Assembly (NCBI RefSeq): GCF_003918875.1
Contig: NW_025766975.1
Location: 994,684 to 1,058,683, forward strand
Length of the DNA: 64,000 nucleotides
Source: Haliotis rubra
Lineage: Eukaryota
Direction: 5' to 3'
Part shown: positions 61,250 through 64,000 of the stretch, in pieces
Layout: each line of letters begins with the position of its first letter
Numbering within the stretch: the stretch's first letter is position 1
The notes under the pieces: model-generated
What the model was told of the DNA's origin: nothing
The model's database searches: none
What the model saw: the letters and a program-made list of their open reading frames with translations, nothing else
Position numbers and translations under genes: made by a program

Positions 61250-61654
61250 TCAACCTGTTCCGTACAGTTTACTGGATATCCTCAGAAGTCCAGGCACACT
61301 GGCTGCTGTGCTCTCACACGTGGCAGTACGATCACGCAAATGTAGTACCCGGATGTACCGATCTTGGGCTACAGTGGTGACTCGAGGTCTGCCTGTACGG
61401 GGACGGGCATTTGTTATGCCTGTTTTGTTGTAACGAGCTGCAAGCAGTGATATCGTGCTCATACTAACATTCAGGCTCCCGGCAACGGAAGATTGGTAAT
61501 CGCCAGCGTGCATTCTTTCAATAGCGATGTTCCGTGTCGCAGCGTCAAGACGTGGCGTAGTGATTTGACCTTGAAACTTCTTCAAAACGAATGCCGATTT
61601 CCGAAAGTCATCTGCATGTTTAGACAGTGCATGCTCTTTGCTGCACAATTTCAA
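61250..61654 (-). mobile_element. Tc1/mariner transposase N-terminal fragment (second, different copy)
   Basis: ORF ...RLDAATRNIAIERMHAGDYQSSVAGSLNVSMSTISLLAARYNKTGITNARPRTGRPRVTTVAQDRYIRVLHLRDRTATCESTAA: paired-like HTH and GRPR motif; no DDE domain follows. Confidence 0.65.
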
Positions 61655-64000
61655 GTGGAAGGTGATTTCTGTTGCGTTGTGGCGATGCAGCTTTAATCCT
61701 TGTAAGAAATCTCATCAAAATCTACATTTTCAGGTAAAATCGATTTTTCACTTATGCAATTGTGTAAATCATGTTAGCAACACTTTTATTGCATATTTTG
61801 ACGATTGTTTGAACACAATAGGTAATGTATTAGATTTTGAAAAATACAAAATGCCTATGCGTTTCCTTTTTTGGATAGTATATTTTGTCTTTTAAAGGAG
61901 AATACGAGTGAATTGCAATAATTTGCTGGGTGAAAGATAAAGTCATCAGAAACATATTCCCAAATTTTCAATTAAAAAATATGTATAATTATGTTTTAAT
62001 CGCGAAAACAGTTTCTGTAAATCTCAGCTTCGGCCATTATGCATATTTCGCTTGAACCCACGGGACCTTTCCGCTCGTGACGTCAATGTGCCTGGAGTCC
62101 GCCATATTGCAAAATGACCAAGCGCTACGGTAGTACAAATCGTGTTGTTTCTGTCGTTTTTGTAAATGGTACGATGGTGTATTCTGTTGCCTGGGGATGC
62201 ACGGAATCATCGAACAATGGAAAGCCACCATTTCTTCTGTTTTCCATGTAAAGAGATAGACTTAGGCAGGAGAAATGCTCCGATCATTCCGAGTCTGACG
62301 CATATGAAAGAGACAAGCACACATGGGGCATACAAATCCCAAAGCTAGGCTGAAGAAGGAAGAATTACCCACGAGATTCATTTCTACTCCATCATTCCCT
62401 GTTACAGCTTATTGTCAGTGGTATTTTTAACATAAATTAAATCAAGTACGATTGCCAGTCGAATTGCCCCAGCAAAATTTGGTCAAATTGCTCCGGAGTT
62501 TTGGTCAAATTGCCCAAGAGGGGTAGTTAAAATGCCCCAATTTATTTTAAATGATTAAATATAGGCCATAAATGCATAGTTTTGTCAACTTTGATAATAT
62601 GTTCTTCATATAAAAGTATATACATAGTTATGAGTTTACTGATGGAACATTTATCAGAAATATTACTTCTTAATAACTTTTATATGAAGAACATAACATC
62701 AAAGTTGACAAAAACTATGCATTTACGGCATATGTTTAATCATTTTAAATAAATGTGACCAAATTAGAATGAATGACCAAATTTGCTGGGGCATTTTGTA
62801 ACTGGGGCAGTTCCACAGGTACCTATGAGATGTATATTAAGAAAATCAGTAAGAGATTTTACATGAGCTTGAAAATGTTCCGCTTTGACGTTCTTTTCGG
62901 TTTGGAGCCCTAAATGCTGCAGACTGCCCGAAACATTGCCGAATACAACGGCAAATCATGAAGTACTTGTTGCTTTCATTGTTTTCCATTTTGTCCAGTT
63001 ACGCACGTCGGCATCAGACTCGCTATTTGTCAGTAGTGTGTGCCGTGAAAGTTGTTCTGTGTTCTGTGTTGGCTGACAGGGTGTCATTCTAAGGCTATGA
63101 CCATAACCAAACAAATGGGAAACATACGTTGTCCTGACAAGTATTTTATAATTCACCAGTTTTCGGGGAATAACTTATCTGCGTTGCGAATATTATCTCT
63201 GCTCGACTTGGCTGGGATTTTGTGTGGAGACTTGCTACGTTATTTATGAGAACTAGGATCCTAATTTTTTTTCAACGAAATAACTCCAGTGTAATTTTTG
63301 TAGCAGATAATTTCTATTTTCCCCTGTCTGAAGCATAATTATTGTTTTTTTAAATCCCAGACATCCTACAGTCACCCATTTGACACAAAAGGAACTGCAA
63401 TCGCATTGCCAAAAATATAATTCTTAGGGACTGGTCATATACTTATAGGGCTGGGTTTGCTGGCTGGAGCTGTATCACATTTTGCTGTCAAATAGTATTC
63501 TTGTTAAATGATATGGTATATTTTAAAATTTATTTTGAACTCAAGCCGTGCCTCTGTTTCGCTTGATTTTTCTCCATCTTCACTGGAAGATTGTCTTGCA
63601 AGATGTAAAATCGGATCGTATTGATACGGTCTAACATCCATTTCAGAAATGACATCAGGATCACCTTTTACTGCTTCAGAATCCATGGACACTGTTAAGT
63701 TGTGAGGTAAAATCAAAGAGGCAGCCATCAGCAACAGGCACATATGACGTCATGTCACGTGATACCCCCTCTGCTCATTAACTGTCGGGTGTTTCCGTAA
63801 AAGGCGGAAATACGAGTACGTTTTTTGTGTTTTTATTGCCATTTTACAAACTTTTTGTTCAATTTTAATCACGGAAGGTGACTTTTAGAATATCCTTTAC
63901 AATATATCAATTTTTTTGTTTTCGTTCGGATTCTCCTTTAAGCCCTGTGATAGATATTTTAGACTTATTATTCAGTCTCTAAAATTTGACAGCAAGACTC

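Noticed and set aside
1-64000. A prokaryotic-style defence or mobile system (CRISPR, operons, toxin-antitoxin)
   Set aside because: The sequence is unambiguously eukaryotic: spliced gene with GT-AG introns, SINEs, LINEs and MITEs. The tandem arrays lack CRISPR repeat-spacer architecture (no unique spacers).

Overview
This is a repeat-rich eukaryotic (metazoan-type) window: spliced exons with GT-AG introns, tRNA-derived SINEs, LINE and Tc1 remnants, and MITEs. I found no prokaryotic operon, CRISPR array or rRNA. The main feature is a complete major vault protein (MVP) gene on the minus strand, with 25 coding exons from the ATG at 54307 to the stop at 10420 (about 44 kb). All 25 exons have canonical AG/GT boundaries and consistent phases. 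The encoded protein of about 843 aa is colinear with vertebrate MVP as recalled from memory, from the IIxxxPYxYxHVLD N-terminus, through the vault-repeat, SPFH-shoulder and cap-helix blocks, to the LLQxLGxxSxLxTDxxxPxNLFNTAxGL C-terminus. The MVP introns hold at least five SINE families, hAT-like MITEs with 8-bp target-site duplications, two large foldback-like TIR elements, and LINE and Tc1 transposase fragments. The notable observation is that all four large intronic satellites in the gene (77-bp, 62/66-bp, 31-bp and 45-bp units; about 1.3, 6.3, 2.6 and 2.2 kb) start exactly at an exon 3' end. In each one the unit is the exon tail plus its consensus GT donor, so they form arrays of about 16-100 tandem 5' splice sites. 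The 66-bp array is in frame with MVP (22 aa per unit) and lies in the cap-helix region. Exon 17 carries an apparent 1-nt frameshift. Coordinates were worked out by hand from the sequence and may be off by a few nt.
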